A DNA stretch of 63,993 nucleotides, filler included, from Pelomyxa schiedti (taxonomy: Eukaryota; Protista; Evosea): NCBI GenBank assembly GCA_020536535.1. It is 17 parts of 17 records of this genome, joined end to end, with 100 filler letters (N's around TTAATTAATTAA, not from the genome) between each part and the next. Parts side by side here need not be neighbours in the genome. Positions count along the whole stretch, not along the records: positions 44,176 to 45,971 come from JAHLWZ010002270.1; positions 46,072 to 48,226 come from JAHLWZ010002103.1; positions 48,327 to 49,430 come from JAHLWZ010002829.1; positions 49,531 to 52,140 come from JAHLWZ010001943.1; positions 52,241 to 53,394 come from JAHLWZ010002755.1; positions 53,495 to 54,563 come from JAHLWZ010002896.1; positions 54,664 to 62,361 come from JAHLWZ010001344.1; 10 more parts are not named here. The stretch is one strand, 5' to 3'. The position numbers and the translations under genes are program-made. Position 1 is the first letter of the stretch. Each line of letters starts with the position of its first letter. This document shows positions 45,971 through 59,113 of this stretch, piece after piece. Below the pieces are notes generated by a model. It saw nothing but the letters and a program-made list of their open reading frames with translations. It was not told the DNA's origin and made no database searches.

Positions 45971-46071
45971 ANNNNNNNNNNNNNNNNNNNNNNNNNNNNN
46001 NNNNNNNNNNNNNNNTTAATTAATTAANNNNNNNNNNNNNNNNNNNNNNNNNNNNNNNNNNNNNNNNNNNN

Positions 46072-46402
46072 GATCACCTGGCCTCCACTCGCCACCACCC
46101 TCTGGGGGGGGCTCTTGGTCGTCTTTGTCGCCGTGGTGTGGGTGGTGTGTGCCCCTGTCGCCGCCCCACCTGTCGTCCTTCCACGGTCCCTCGCCCTCGC
46201 CCTCGCCCTCGGCCTCGTCCTCTGGGGGGTGGTGGCACGCGCCCCACCCGCCGTCCCTCCTGTCGTCTCGCCACTTGCCGCCGGGGGGCCGCGTGTGTGG
46301 TCCTCGGCCGCCGTGCCTCCTCTTGCCGTCTCGCCACTCGCCGCTGTACCAGCCGTCCGGCATCTTGTGGGTGTAACGGCCGTCGTGTTTGTTGTTGTGC
46401 AA
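46072..46402 (-). CDS. Degenerate MORN-like repeat fragment; 3' partial
   Basis: DGWYSGEWRDGKRRHG...GKWRDDRRDGGWG...GPWKDDRW; the glycine spacing is broken. Confidence 0.4.
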
Positions 46403-47425
46403 ACGTGGAAGTATTTCTCTTCTGTGAAAATTTGTTGTTTGTTTCAGTCAGCTGGTGCTTGATTATGTTCATGATAAGCAGCACCAAAATCCCCCAAGTG
46501 CTAGCAAGACGCTGTGTGGAACTGTGGGCAACAACAGCAAGGAAAATGAATGGAGAGGCAAGATTGGGCAACAACAATAAACACGAGGTTTCCCGCTGTT
46601 ACCGGCAGAGTTGTTAACACACGACGATGTCAAGAGCGGGGATTCGGGAGAGTGTGTGAAATAGTTCACGGCAGCAAGACCGCATTCCTCCTGCTGAGAC
46701 ATTGTGCAATCGCCGACTTCCGGCTTCAGCCACAGCCCTCACCTCTTTTATACTGAGTTAAAAGTGGAAGGTTCTGTGAAAGTAAATTATTTGATTTGGA
46801 TGACAGACAGAGACATTCATATTATATTATATGACATTAATATTATTGTATTATATCGAAATAAGCAAAGTAAACAAACCAGCATCAGGAGGTGAAAGGG
46901 TTCGCATTTGTTCATTGACAGTTAACCCGGTTCCTCTCTGTCAAATCTATGAGAATGTGGCAAACGGGGAATTGAAGGAATAAGAAATAGTGACCGGAAC
47001 CAACACGGTAATTCCTCTGCTCCCTCTTTTAGGTTGATTTGTTTCGTTGACTGTTAGAACTTGAACGTGCATTTATGTCAACTTATTTCGAAAGCATCTT
47101 CTATCTCATAAACTTAAGACCCGCACAACAAAACAACAAAAACGAAAAAAAACACAGCACGCACAACGGTGCACAAAAACGACCAACACGCGTCATCACC
47201 ACCATGACGGCGGCCGACACGCACCACAAGCACAGAAAAATAGCGTGGTCGACACCCCAAGGTCATTACCGTCACCTTGCGGTTTTTTCTCCTGACAGAG
47301 ACGTAAGTATTTCACCCTTGACAGCAACACTGTACTACGTTCCATGGAACGTGGCAGCAATTGAGCCACATCGCAGAAGTAAGCCCAAGTCAGTTTTTCC
47401 TTGGCCACCTACTGATCAAAAAATA

Positions 47426-48226
47426 ATGTCGGGGTTTATCGTTTGTTCAACAACACCAATTGCGTGCGCACCGACAACAACGTCGAAAAGTCCAACAACA
47501 ACCAAAACACCACCACCGACGTCAACAAACCAAGTTGTGGGCTACAATGGTGAGACAAAGAATGGCGTGAGGCACGGCCGGGGGTTCCAGAGGTGGGACA
47601 ACGGCGACACCTACGAGGGCGAGTGGCACAACGGCAAGCAGGACGGGTGGGGTGTGTTCCGCTGGGCCAAAGGGGATTGGTTTGAGGGACTGTTCAGGGA
47701 TGGTCACTCCCAGAGGGGAACAATCCACGGCAAAGGTGGTGTTGTTGAATGGGAGGGGGAATGGAGGACAACAGAAAAGAACCATGCGTTTTGGGGTGTG
47801 GAAAGAAGAGCCAAGAATATCGGAACAAATGGTGGCGACAGTCAAGCAACAGTGAGTGTGGAGAATGTGTACAGCGGTCAATGGGATGGGTACAAGTGGC
47901 ACGGCTGTGGCACATGGCACTCACCTGACACAGGTGACATCTACCATGGTCAGTTTGATCACGGAACGAGGAGCGGTTATGGGAGGATGCTGTTTGGTGA
48001 CAACAGCCAAGGTGGAGGAAGTTACGTTGGGGAGTGGAAGGATGACATGTTCCATGGGAGGGGTGTCAGGATTTGGAATGATGGAACGAAGTATGAGGGC
48101 CTTTGGTTGAGTGGTAAGGAGCATGGCACAGGCACGAAAACGTGGGCACGTGATGGTACCTCAACTGATGGTGTTTGGCTGATGGGGACCATCAAGTCAG
48201 GCACCAAGAGGTGGCCAAATGGTGAT
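47426..48226 (+). CDS. MORN-repeat protein; 3' partial
   Basis: YNGETKNGVRHGRG, TYEGEWHNGKQDGWG, YHGQFDHGTRSGYG, YVGEWKDDMFHGRG; same subfamily as 36340. Confidence 0.85.
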
Positions 48227-48326
48227 NNNNNNNNNNNNNNNNNNNNNNNNNNNNNNNNNNNNNNNNNNNNTTAATTAATTAANNNNNNNNNNNNNNNNNN
48301 NNNNNNNNNNNNNNNNNNNNNNNNNN

Positions 48327-48817
48327 CAACTCCAGCAACGACCTGCCACACATGCAATCTCCCACTGTTCATCCCCACAACCCACTTCCTGTTGCAATAC
48401 ATTGGATGGCATGGGGTCTCCAGTGACGAAACCCTCTTCAGTGCCTCCCCGTCGGCCCCACCCACTTCTTCAATGGCATATTCATTCAGAGGAGATTCAC
48501 TGATGAAGAGCGACTGATACAGTATCCTGTGGCTTCCCACAGAGCCAATCACAGCACATGGGGTGTTGAACCAAGAGTGCCTGACGATCCCCAGGGTCGG
48601 TGACACGCTCACAAACAAGAAGTGATCCAAGATTGGGAGCCTGAACACAGCCTCTTCCGACGGCGCGAGGACCCATTCCTCAGCCCACGCCCTGAACACG
48701 GCCGTCGAAAGTATCCACTTCACCATCGACGGCGGTGGTGGTGGTCGCCCGACGGAATGGATGATGGGATGAGCGGCTGCTGCTGGTGGTGTCGTTGCCC
48801 CGACCTCGTCGGCGTAG

Positions 48818-48850
<33 letters not shown>

Positions 48851-49023
48851 TTGCTGCTGCTGCTTGTTGTTGTTCTTCTTATTTCGGTGATTGGCGCGCA
48901 AATGATGGCCATGACCTGTGATGTTGCCGTTGTTGGTGTCGCAGGCGGTGCGGTTTTTGTTTTTGGTTTTCTTTCTTGTTGTGAGCCCCGTTGTCGCGGT
49001 TGAGACGAGTGGTTATGTCCCAT
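48327..49023 (-). CDS. Family X copy 5; 3' partial
   Basis: TATSQVMAIICA...VFRAWAEEWVLAP...FVSVSPTLGIV...CNRKWVVGM...LHVWQV. Confidence 0.7.
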
Positions 49024-49530
49024 GGGGTGGCACGTGTCGTTGTTTTTTTTTGTTTTTTTTTTAAACAGTTCCACAAACACCAAAGTGTGTTTGCACCCAG
49101 TTAATGTGTCCTTGATTGTGTGCCTGATGCACTTCCCTTCATTTGACAACAATGGCGCCACAGAGATGTAAACTCCACAATCGCTCATGTCTGCAGAAAA
49201 AATTGGATGCGAGTCCACGTTCACGTTGCAGGGTGTGTACAAATCAGAGGTTCTGAACACCTCAGAGACACGGCGGAGGTCTGTTCTATTCGCTGGTGCT
49301 GGCTCACAACAATCACGTGTGATGGGCCTGTGTTGAAGATCACTCTGGAAGTGCGTCTGCCAACTTGTTGTCTAATCTCCTGGCCATAATGGATGGAGAG
49401 AATTTCGCTTGGTGATGCCCACAATATGTCNNNNNNNNNNNNNNNNNNNNNNNNNNNNNNNNNNNNNNNNNNNNTTAATTAATTAANNNNNNNNNNNNNN
49501 NNNNNNNNNNNNNNNNNNNNNNNNNNNNNN

Positions 49531-50640
49531 CAGTGGGCGCGGTCGGGGGTCCCGTTCAGGACGTGGGCCGAGGAGTGGGTGCTGGCCCCGGAAAGGGAGG
49601 TCGATTTCGTGCTGCCGATTTGGGTGGACGCTGTGAGCACCGGCCACAGCCACGGGTTCAGGGGCGCTGATAGCCACATGTACGTGAGCGTGTCGCCGAC
49701 GCTCGGGGTTGTCACGCACAGGTGGTACACATGCACCATGATCGACTGCGGCCCGGCCGTGGTTGGGTGTCTTGGCGGGGACATGGTGCTGCACAGCTGG
49801 TCGGATCCTGGTTCTGATGCTTATTATGGAGGATTGCGCAAGTACGACGCTGTGGACCTGCGTTGCATGCCGGAACCACCGCAGGTCACGCCGGCACCCC
49901 CTCCTTCTGATGAAGGTTCTTCCTGCTGTTTCCTGACTGCTGCCTCTGACATGAGCGTGATCTGCAACAGAAAATGGGTTGTTACATTTGACTGGACAAC
50001 ACTTTGCGCTTGGAAGGTTGTCGATGGCCATCCACTTCCAAGCAGCACGCCAACATTATCGTTCTTTATCTTTGAGAGATACAGCAGTGAGAAAATTCTG
50101 TTTGCACCGTGGTGTGGTGATATTGTCATGCTGAAGAGTGCTCATGACATCACACTTGTTGATTTGGAGGAAAGCTTCCGCAGAGAGGAATTGGTGCTCA
50201 CACTGAGGACCAGTTCACCCTCTCAGTTTGACAATTTGCTGGGCCTGTTGTGGGGGCCTGATGGGTCAATGTTCACGTTACACACCACGGATGCGTTGGC
50301 GTCCTGTGCTGCTGTGGACTGCGCAACAGGAGAGTCCCATCTCTTCTCACCAAACGTCTCACTTGTGGAGGTCTTTGGCAGGGATCACACATTTACTGTT
50401 GTCCATCCAGGAGCATTCCAGGTTCATCACACTGGTAACAACCTCACAGTCCCATCACTCAATGTTCCATGCACTTGGGCACAGCACAAGTCGGGCCTCA
50501 TTCTCTCAACAACACAGAAAAGCCGAGGCAATGGAAAGGTACATCTGAGCCTTCATGATGGTTTCACTGGCACCCACATTGGTGATTTCAATGTGCCATT
50601 GCCGCCAAATTTCCTCTTCCACTTGAGGATCAAGTTATAA
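49531..50640 (+). CDS. Family X copy 6; 5' partial
   Basis: FRTWAEEWVLAP...VSVSPTLGVV...ICNRKWVV...LCAWKV...ILFAPWCGD...LVDLEESF...SLHDGFTG; TAA at 50638-50640. Confidence 0.8.
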   Translation, partial: QWARSGVPFRTWAEEWVLAPEREVDFVLPIWVDAVSTGHSHGFRGADSHMYVSVSPTLGVVTHRWYTCTMIDCGPAVVGCLGGDMVLHSWSDPGSDAYYGGLRKYDAVDLRCMPEPPQVTPAPPPSDEGSSCCFLTAASDMSVICNRKWVVTFDWTTLCAWKVVDGHPLPSSTPTLSFFIFERYSSEKILFAPWCGDIVMLKSAHDITLVDLEESFRREELVLTLRTSSPSQFDNLLGLLWGPDGSMFTLHTTDALASCAAVDCATGESHLFSPNVSLVEVFGRDHTFTVVHPGAFQVHHTGNNLTVPSLNVPCTWAQHKSGLILSTTQKSRGNGKVHLSLHDGFTGTHIGDFNVPLPPNFLFHLRIKL

Positions 50641-50726
50641 AACACCACACCACCCTGCTCTTCTGGGGTGGATTTACGTTTCGAAACGATGTGAAGACAG
50701 AAGAATAATACAATTTTTTTTGGAAA

Positions 50727-51964
50727 TTATTGCTGGCTGAATGTAAGAATGGCCAGATAATTCCCTGTGATGGTATCACCAATGAAAACTTCCAGTTCTT
50801 GTTTGTGGGGAATTGTGGCAGCAGAGTAACCACGTGAGGAGGTTGGAGTGGTGGCGGGAGTCTTACCGTAGAGTTCTTTGGAGGTGGAGCGGATTCCACC
50901 CTGGGTAGGTGTGAACTCATAATGGTATGAGGGCTGACTCAAGTCTGCTGATGATGCAGTATACACGTCACACTCTGAGTTACATAATGCAGTGATGTAT
51001 TCAGACTGTAGAGTGGAAATTCTTGTGTACCTCTCAGAGAATGACCAACTGTGACCAGTAACTGTGTTGTAAACTCCTGTTTCGCCATGCTCGTCTCTGT
51101 GCACCAGAATGAGGATTGTGCCTGGCGAGGACCAAATCAAGTCATAAGGAATGGAGTGAGGAGGGAGAACCACGCTCTTCTTGGACACCACCACTGTGTC
51201 ACCGGCTTCGATGCTCTTCTCAAGGTCGACAAATGAAATTGATGACAACCACTTAATACCACGCCCTTCTTCAGCCCCAACGAAAACGATCTCATCACCA
51301 CAAGGATCGAATAGAGATAGCTTCACCCCGTCACCGCTCAGTGGCACAGTGCACCTCACACCAACGCCCCTGGCAACAGGAACACCATTGTTCCTGTCCC
51401 TCCTCCACACAATCAGCCTTTTCGGCGTCGCATGCGCCTCAGAAGCCATGCCCTCACAAGCCACCTCTTGTTGCTGAGCCAGAACCCCGACAAGTCAGAT
51501 ATCAGCTCACCGTCCAGCGCTGCAACTAGGTTCCCCTCTCCGTTCACGATGTTTGTTTCCCCCCACAGTAAGGAGTGTTCCACCCACTGCATGGAGTGTT
51601 CCACGAACATGTCATCACCCAAGGTCACCTCGATTTCGCCATACATGCGGCTGTCGTACGCCAACTCCGGCTGGTCCAAGCACCCGCACGACACAACACC
51701 GAGCGTCGCACTCACTCCCATGAACACGTGCATAGTCGCTGACACATGAAAAGGGACTGAAAGAACAATCCCAACAGTGGTTCCGATCCACCTGGAGCAA
51801 CCGACGACCCAGTCGCGGCCGAATTGCTCGCACAGCGCGCGATTGTGGGACAGCAGCCTCGCTGGGCTCCCTCTCCCGCACCTGTCCAGCCATGAGCACG
51901 CAAAACCACCAACAAACTGCGATCGTGCGTCGACCACTGGCGAAATCGTTGCGGTTCGCTTCAT
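50727..51964 (-). CDS. Family X copy 7, with one frameshift
   Basis: ORF 51413-51964 (DARSQFV..DRCGRGSPARLL..GRDWVV..MGVSATLGVV..SNKRWLV) continues in ORF 50727-51464 (LIVWRR..LFDPCGDEIV..FVDLEKS..IGDTITG); the shift lies at about 51430-51465. Confidence 0.75.
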
Positions 51965-52541
51965 TTCGTCTCGTTTTTAATCATCAAGACAGGAAGAACT
52001 TACCAAGGTCATTCCCTCAATCCCTTCTGGTGGGACAAACTCTGCACCAGCATCATCAACAACACCTCCACAGAGTCACCACCAACTGCACCCTCGGGGA
52101 TGATGGATCAGGCATCATCCTTCAGATAAAAGTAACTCACNNNNNNNNNNNNNNNNNNNNNNNNNNNNNNNNNNNNNNNNNNNNTTAATTAATTAANNNN
52201 NNNNNNNNNNNNNNNNNNNNNNNNNNNNNNNNNNNNNNNNGATGGGGAAGCCCCACCTCTTCCACCCAAATTGTCCCCGGCACCATGGTGTCAAAACGAA
52301 GACGCAAGGCACACCCCCCACAAAGGAGGAGCAGCCTCCCGACCGTTCACAGGGTTTGGGTCGATATTACCTGTAAGCAGACCCCAAGTATGAAAGCACC
52401 AGAACTTCGGGAAAAGGGCAACAAAACGTCCCGAAACTGTATTGTGGGTGAAATTAAGTGTTCTCTGTTGTTTTGGTTTGGTAAAAAAAAGTAGATTTAC
52501 GCTGTGTGATGGGTTTTGGGCTGTCCAGAGGGATACTGGTG

Positions 52542-52885
52542 CTAATTATTGGCCATAGCTGCCTTGAATTCCTCAAAAGATATTTTACCATCTCCATTGA
52601 CATCGGCCTGGCCACAATTAGTTTATTGCGCAAGGAGCTGTGGTGTATTCAAAGGGATAAAGAGTCACCATACATTTTTCATCAATGCCTTGGCCATAGC
52701 GTCCCTTCTTTGTTGTGGTATTCCCGCTTTGCCCAGCATTGCTATCACCTCGTTAACGGTTATAGCCCCATCGCCGTCCCTACATTGTCAATGTTAAACA
52801 AACTACGGGAGGAGGAAAAAAAAAACGGGTGCAGGCACTTGTCCCAGGTTGCGAATTGCTGCCGAACCGCTTCATCACTATCCAT
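52542..52885 (-). CDS. Small two-EF-hand calcium-binding protein (about 72 aa, 3 exons)
   Basis: Spliced product MDSDEAVRQQFATWDKDGDGAITVNEVIAMLGKAGIPQQRRDAMAKALMKNADVNGDGKISFEEFKAAMANN*, with two canonical DxDGDG loops and clean GT-AG introns. Confidence 0.9.
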
Positions 52886-54705
52886 TCTTTGTTTGTATTA
52901 TTCCTCTACACACCCAATGGCGTTTGTATTATTGTTTTGTTTGTTGTACTCTCAGACAACACAACCCCGACTTTGAAGTAATTAATGTCGCTTTTCCAGG
53001 AATCGGTCCACCAGTCAGGCCTTACATCTACCTGGTACTGGCTGCCACGGCACAAGATCTATTCGTGACTCCTTCTCACCCTCCAGAGAAGAATCATGGT
53101 GTGCTCCGGAAGCCCGGGAGTTGTGATCTCGATGAAAATCACGGTTTGGAAATAGAACAAAATTTAAAAATGCAGCATGAGTTTTTTTCTTTTTCCAGAG
53201 GGCCCGATGTATTGAAGACATCGCAGAGACCCTGATGTGTTACGTGCACTGATAAAGGCTAGAAAAAAAAATTTTTTTTTTGACGTCGCGCGGGTGCTAC
53301 CTACCAGGTTGGTTGTGCCCCAAACGACAACAAACGCCAACCATTTGACACCATTCCCCTGCTCCTTCGTTCTTTCTCCAACCCGACGTCGTTTNNNNNN
53401 NNNNNNNNNNNNNNNNNNNNNNNNNNNNNNNNNNNNNNTTAATTAATTAANNNNNNNNNNNNNNNNNNNNNNNNNNNNNNNNNNNNNNNNNNNNACAATC
53501 TCCGGCGACGCCGCGGACCACCCCGCGAGTTTGTCGAGCAGCCACTTCGAGACGTCTGTGTCCTCGTTGAATCCCGAGCACAGTGCGATCTTGCGGCTGC
53601 GGCGTATCGGAGTCGGCGCCGATGTCGATCGCACTCGAGTTTCCTGCGAATTCTCCTGCGCCGGTTCCCTTCCGCGTAAGCAAAGGGCGCTGGCACGCGG
53701 TTTTACTCGCGGCTTTGGGAACATGTGCTGTTTGTGGGGTACGAAGTTGTGTGTGTGTCTCGCTGAGGTTGTTTTGTTTGTGTTTGTTGTTTTTTGTTGT
53801 TCCGGTTTTCTCGGGGATGTGCAACACGACTGATCAGTAGGCGAAACTTTTTGAATTGCCGTTTCGCTGCGCACCGTTTTTCGGAGACGCTCCGAGAAGG
53901 TGCCTTCGGTTGAACTTCCAAAAGGAAGGAACATCTGACCATCTCCGAATTACGGGTGATCAACCTTGGTTGTTGGTGCCATACCGGGACCAATCAACAA
54001 GGGGAAAAACCTTGATATCAGGCTCAGCACCCATACACCGTGCCTGATCGATTAACACCGAGATAGTACCATGTGTTTGGGGTATGTAAACTCTCCAAGG
54101 AAAGGCAAGTGGGACAATAGTCCAAATACAGAACGCTGTCAGTGATGTCATTTTCGTTCCTTATCGTCGCTCAGGATAGTCCGTCTGGTTGTAACTGAAC
54201 ATAGGTAAAAACCACACTGGACAGTTTTACTCCGCTTCATGAAATCACTTGCCTGAAGACGCGTTATTCTCAAACCAGACCAAAACTCTCGACTTTCAAA
54301 AAAAGAACGATCCGACGGATGTTTTTTGCATCCCCCTGTTCTCAGTTACATTCATAGGGAAAGACACATTGGCAATTTCTCTATCATTACAAACTTGTTA
54401 TAATAATTTGGGCCTTGACCTATCCTGGAACCAGCAGCTGATGGCACGATAGTATGTTTCTTTCCTTTGTATTTGGCTATTGCCAACTCCGTCATAGGTA
54501 AGGAGGTGGAGGTGGATAGGAATTCCTCCTCTTCTCCTTGTACTCATCTCCCCTTAGATCACCNNNNNNNNNNNNNNNNNNNNNNNNNNNNNNNNNNNNN
54601 NNNNNNNTTAATTAATTAANNNNNNNNNNNNNNNNNNNNNNNNNNNNNNNNNNNNNNNNNNNNTTTTCTTTTTTTTTTTTTTTTTTTTCTCCGTTCCTAT
54701 AACTG

Positions 54706-56725
54706 TTGTTGAAACGATCTTGTGTAGATATAGAAGATATGACAGGAAAAGCTGGAACAAGCAAGAAAGCTTCAGTTTTCTGCAAGTTGCTGTGTTCAGC
54801 CCTCTCGCACCAGTCTACTACAACTACTGCTGATTTGCTAAGCTTTCATGGTGCGTTTCTAAGATATTCATTCCTTCCTATACCACGTAATAGATCTCGA
54901 GGCCATGAGGACAAGTGCTACATCCCCAGGAGGTAGCCCCCAATCTGCACCATCTTTGAAGTTTTCCAATAAGAGATATCTTATCATAAGCTACACCTCT
55001 GAATTTGAAAAGTTCGTTTTCTAGCTGCTAATATTTTGTAATTACCTTGAATAGAGTACGGTATCCACTCCCACTTGAGTATGTGCCCCCAACTATCGAT
55101 CACGTTATTTCTATTGCAAAACGTCTTTATTCCGCAAATGAGGTCTTTTTATCATTACTTTACTGTGCACCCTAAGTCATATCACAGGAATTAAAAGCGA
55201 AATTATCAGTCTCACTTCAGGTTCCCTAAACCATTTCTTTTCTATTCCATACTCATCGACTACAAAGTCTGATAGCAAGATGACAGCACAAGCGTATGCA
55301 TTCTTTCACCCAAATCTTTCATTGTACAAATTATATTCTTAGCCTTCTTACAGTGTAAATACAGAATTGGCTGTTTTACGTGAATCTTTACAAGCAACAA
55401 AGGTTTTTACTGTACTTCACTTTTTTCAGTGTTGAATTTGTAATTGCTAGAAACAATTGGAGCAGGCCAATATTACGCATGCTGCACAAATAGCATCTTA
55501 TAAAGAAAAGAGAACTAAACTCAAGCTCCAAGTACAAGTCCTCACTGCAGAAAACATGCAACTACAGTCAGAGCTGCACTCTATTCAAGTACAATTCAAC
55601 ACACTAGGTTCATCTCAGAGGTTGTGATTCCTTTTTAAGAAAGTCCACCAACTCATTTTCTCTCTAGACCACGCAGCCGTAACTTCATTGATCCAATACC
55701 AAGGTTTCCCCTTTAATTCCATTGAGGTTTTCTGTAATTTGGAATTCAATTCCCCAAAAGAACCGGCTCAAGAGGGCGTTCTTCATCTCGAGACTCATTT
55801 GAGCACAGCCATGTGCTTCAAACACAGCCACGATGTTCTCGTTCAAGATCACAGTCTGGTAGTCGGGTATGTGGGTGTGATGGCGGCCCAACTACGTCCA
55901 CTCTCGACCGGGGGCGAAGCCATAGCCGCAGTTCTTCACGTACTTCACTTCGGCAACCTCCTCCAATTCAACACAGAAGAAGCTCCTCACGAGGAAGTTC
56001 TTCACACGGTTTATCCTCACAAGAGGAAAAGGTTTGGTTTTGACTTGCCCACAAAATTTCCAGTCTCACAAACATACAGTTTGCACGACTTTCAGCAGGT
56101 GAATCAACTGTCATAAGACGGACCTCACGATCCCGGTCGCACTCACCACTGTAGTACTCCTTATCTATACTGAACTTCTTATTTTATTTATTCCTGTACA
56201 GCATTGAACGAGTACCAACTCCAAATTCGCGGAAACGAAGTAGTTCAGGAACACCAAGAAAGAGAAGTTCATCAGGCTCACCCCACAAGCCGCCTGTAAT
56301 ACGAAATGTACAAACCATCCCCCAAACCCCCTTACAAAACAAAAAACCTTAAATTTCAGGGTCCCCCTGGCTCCTACATGTCAAGGCCACCACTTCCTCT
56401 GCACCCTAAAAAAAGGTAACCAAAATCAAATCAACCTTTAGCTTCGACACTAACCCAAGAAATCTTAACTATCAGACCAGTAACCTTCAATTCCGAAAAT
56501 GTGGCACCATTTCCGCCACACCACCTCACCCAATCATCATCCTCCAGAAGACTACTGCCGCTCAACCCCAGGCAACACACATCACCAATTCACAACCACC
56601 ACACACTGCCACCCCCTCCAGTCATTGGCCCGCTGGTGGTTGATGACCCAGCACCCGCTCATTTGCAAAGAAAGCTGGAGTCTCTGAGATACTTCTTGGA
56701 GGATAGAAGAAAGGACTCACATTGA
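54706..56725 (+). CDS. Multi-exon hypothetical protein (coiled coil plus Ser/Arg/Pro low complexity); probably 5' partial
   Basis: Exon-like pieces KRTKLKLQVQVLTAENMQLQSEL, RSHSRSSSRTSLRQPPP, RKRSSSGTPRKRSSSG and PPPVIGPLVVDD bounded by GT/AG. No family recognised. Confidence 0.4.
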
Positions 56726-57599
56726 GCATAGGCAACACTCAACTACCACCAGGAGCAAAACGGAAGGAAATGAAAAGAAAGAATGTAAAATTTGTTTTTT
56801 AATACAAGTAAAAAATGTTTTCTGCCAAAAACACAAGCCAGGGGGTAAAGCACACCACAGTATTCAACAGCACCACAACCCACCCCACATTCACCAATGC
56901 CAAAGTCTAGACTCTAGATTCCAATAGTATGTATTTAGGCAACAGTGTAGCGCACGCAGTGAGAGGTAACCTTCATGGAACTGAACTCCAAATAAAGGGA
57001 TGATGGGAAGGTAGTACTATCTGCTGGGCTTTGTTAGTTGACAAGTCTCAAATCGTGGAATAAATACCTTGGATAATTTCCGCCTTGGTATAAACTGACT
57101 GAGAGTAAGAGTTAAAGTTAGAGTTTAAGAGTAAGGCGCCAAATGGTACGACTGTATATCTCCGTCTCCATATCCATATCCCATGGGTATAGCCATATAT
57201 TTCCAAAAGTTGAAGTCTTTTGTACCGTAACAAAACGGGTGTAACTAGTGGGAAACGATGTATTCCAACGGCAAAGCGGAACTCGAAATAGAGGAAAAAG
57301 TGACGACAAGGAGAGGTGTGCTGCTGTTGTAACAGCCGTTAGACCCGAGTGTGTTTTACTGTACGATTTTAGATTATTGCGGATTTTTCCAAGTTGGTGC
57401 TGGTTGTTTAGGAAAAAAAAAAAGCGTGTATTTATTACTGTATGAATGTTCCCCGTGTACTAGAGACAACGACAGTGACGCGTCGATGTAACGGTGTTTC
57501 GGCTGCGGCGGCCGGTGCCGGGTGCCGTGTGGTGTTTTTTGATTAATTTGTGTTTTAGATCTTCCGCGGAAGTCGTCTTGGTATTTAAGCCTTTGTGTT

Positions 57600-58622
57600 T
57601 TAGGTTACGCAAAGCAATTGTGAATTTACGAGATGAGATTGTTTTACCTTGGGGGATCTGAGGGACTCAGGTTATCCTTGTGTGTTGTGTACCATTTTGC
57701 TATTCAGCTTGGTCCATGCATTGACACGGATCTAAATGCGAGAGGTATTTTGGACTTAGAGTGAGATAACAGATTCGGTAAATTGTTAGGAAGACAAAGA
57801 AGGTGGCGCATCTTCCTTCGTTTTAGCACCCAGTTGTGCATGGGTCACGGTTTCTTTTAATAATCGAGCATTGATGCATCAAAAGGCGTTGTGGGTCGAG
57901 AATACCTTGAGGAACACCAAGTTGCGTACTACGGTTCCTGTTGTTACACCATGGCAAAATGTAATTGTGTTACGAAACGACGTGGGAACTTACTTAGACC
58001 CAACGGAACAACGAACATCGTCTCGTCAATACAATGCACCCTCTCCCGAAACTAAAACAACTCTATTGCTCACCCAAGACATGCATGTGAACAACAGGCA
58101 AAAGGCCTTCCGTGTGTCACCGGCAAAAACCGTACGCTCGAACTTTTTTTTTCAAAGAATCAAAGAAAGGCTGTGATTCCCAGTTGCACAGTAGATCGAG
58201 GGGCTCTTCTTTCACGAGCCTCACTTTTGGTGTTGAGCTCCGCCCGTTGGGAAAGGAAAATTGATGGAGGCCCTTTTGACCTGTCTCTTTTCTCAGACAT
58301 TACAGACAAGCTCAAGAGGCTAGAAGAACCACCATTTCCACTGACTTGGCACAAAAGAAACTTTGTTTTGTTTTCACAACTTTTTTTGGCAGAATCACCA
58401 TTTAAACAAGCGCTATGTAATGGATTTTGTGCATTTGGGCCTCTGGAATTTAACGAGAGAATATACATGGAGGAAGTGAAAGCAGACATCAGGCAGCGGC
58501 ACTGCACCACAAGGTGGTTTAGTAGGCCACACCTTCACAACGCTAGCACCGGTCCCCCAGGAATAACTCCTCGTGTCAGGTACACTGCTGTATTTGATGC
58601 TATCACCTACGCAGGCACATGA
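57600..58622 (+). CDS. Multi-exon hypothetical protein
   Basis: ORFs 57871-58176 and 58173-58622 look like exons separated by short GT-AG introns; start not resolved. Confidence 0.35.
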
Positions 58623-59113
58623 CTATGCCATAGTTCTGTGCCATTGAAAAGATACATCCCGTGAGCAAAAGAATAATGAAGGGAGGGAACAGAAGCCCAT
58701 ACCCCAACTGGGTTTTGTCTAGTCGTTTTTCTGGTCAGGCTCACACGGCGGTGCCCCGACCACACCACCTCATCCTACAAAAGAACATGAAAAACATAAT
58801 ATTTGGGTAAAAAGAAGGAAAAAAACCTCTGCCTGCAATAGGTTGTGCCTGCTGGCCTGTGTAAAGAGCGTACACGGTCCGGATTATCGACACCAACCAA
58901 ACCAGAATCACTAAATAGCAACTCAATCAAACCTGCATGTTACTCATTAACGCGTATGTTGGAGCCGGTTCTAAGACACGTGACATACCATCTCGCGTGT
59001 CACTACTTGTTTTTTTGTTTTTTTTTGTAATTAAAATACTTCGCTCTTTTTTCGTGGGGATTGAACAAAAGATTTCGTGTGAAGTACAGTACCACGTATG
59101 TAATTTTCCCTTT

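Noticed and set aside
16428-51964. Programmed frameshifting or RNA editing as a common explanation for the many frameshifts
   Set aside because: Shifts go in both directions, share no slippery motif, and mostly fall in duplicated genes or TE remnants that also carry stops. Decay or assembly error is simpler.
53495-54563. Possible gene or pseudogene on this contig
   Set aside because: Only short interrupted frames with nothing recognisable; cannot be supported.
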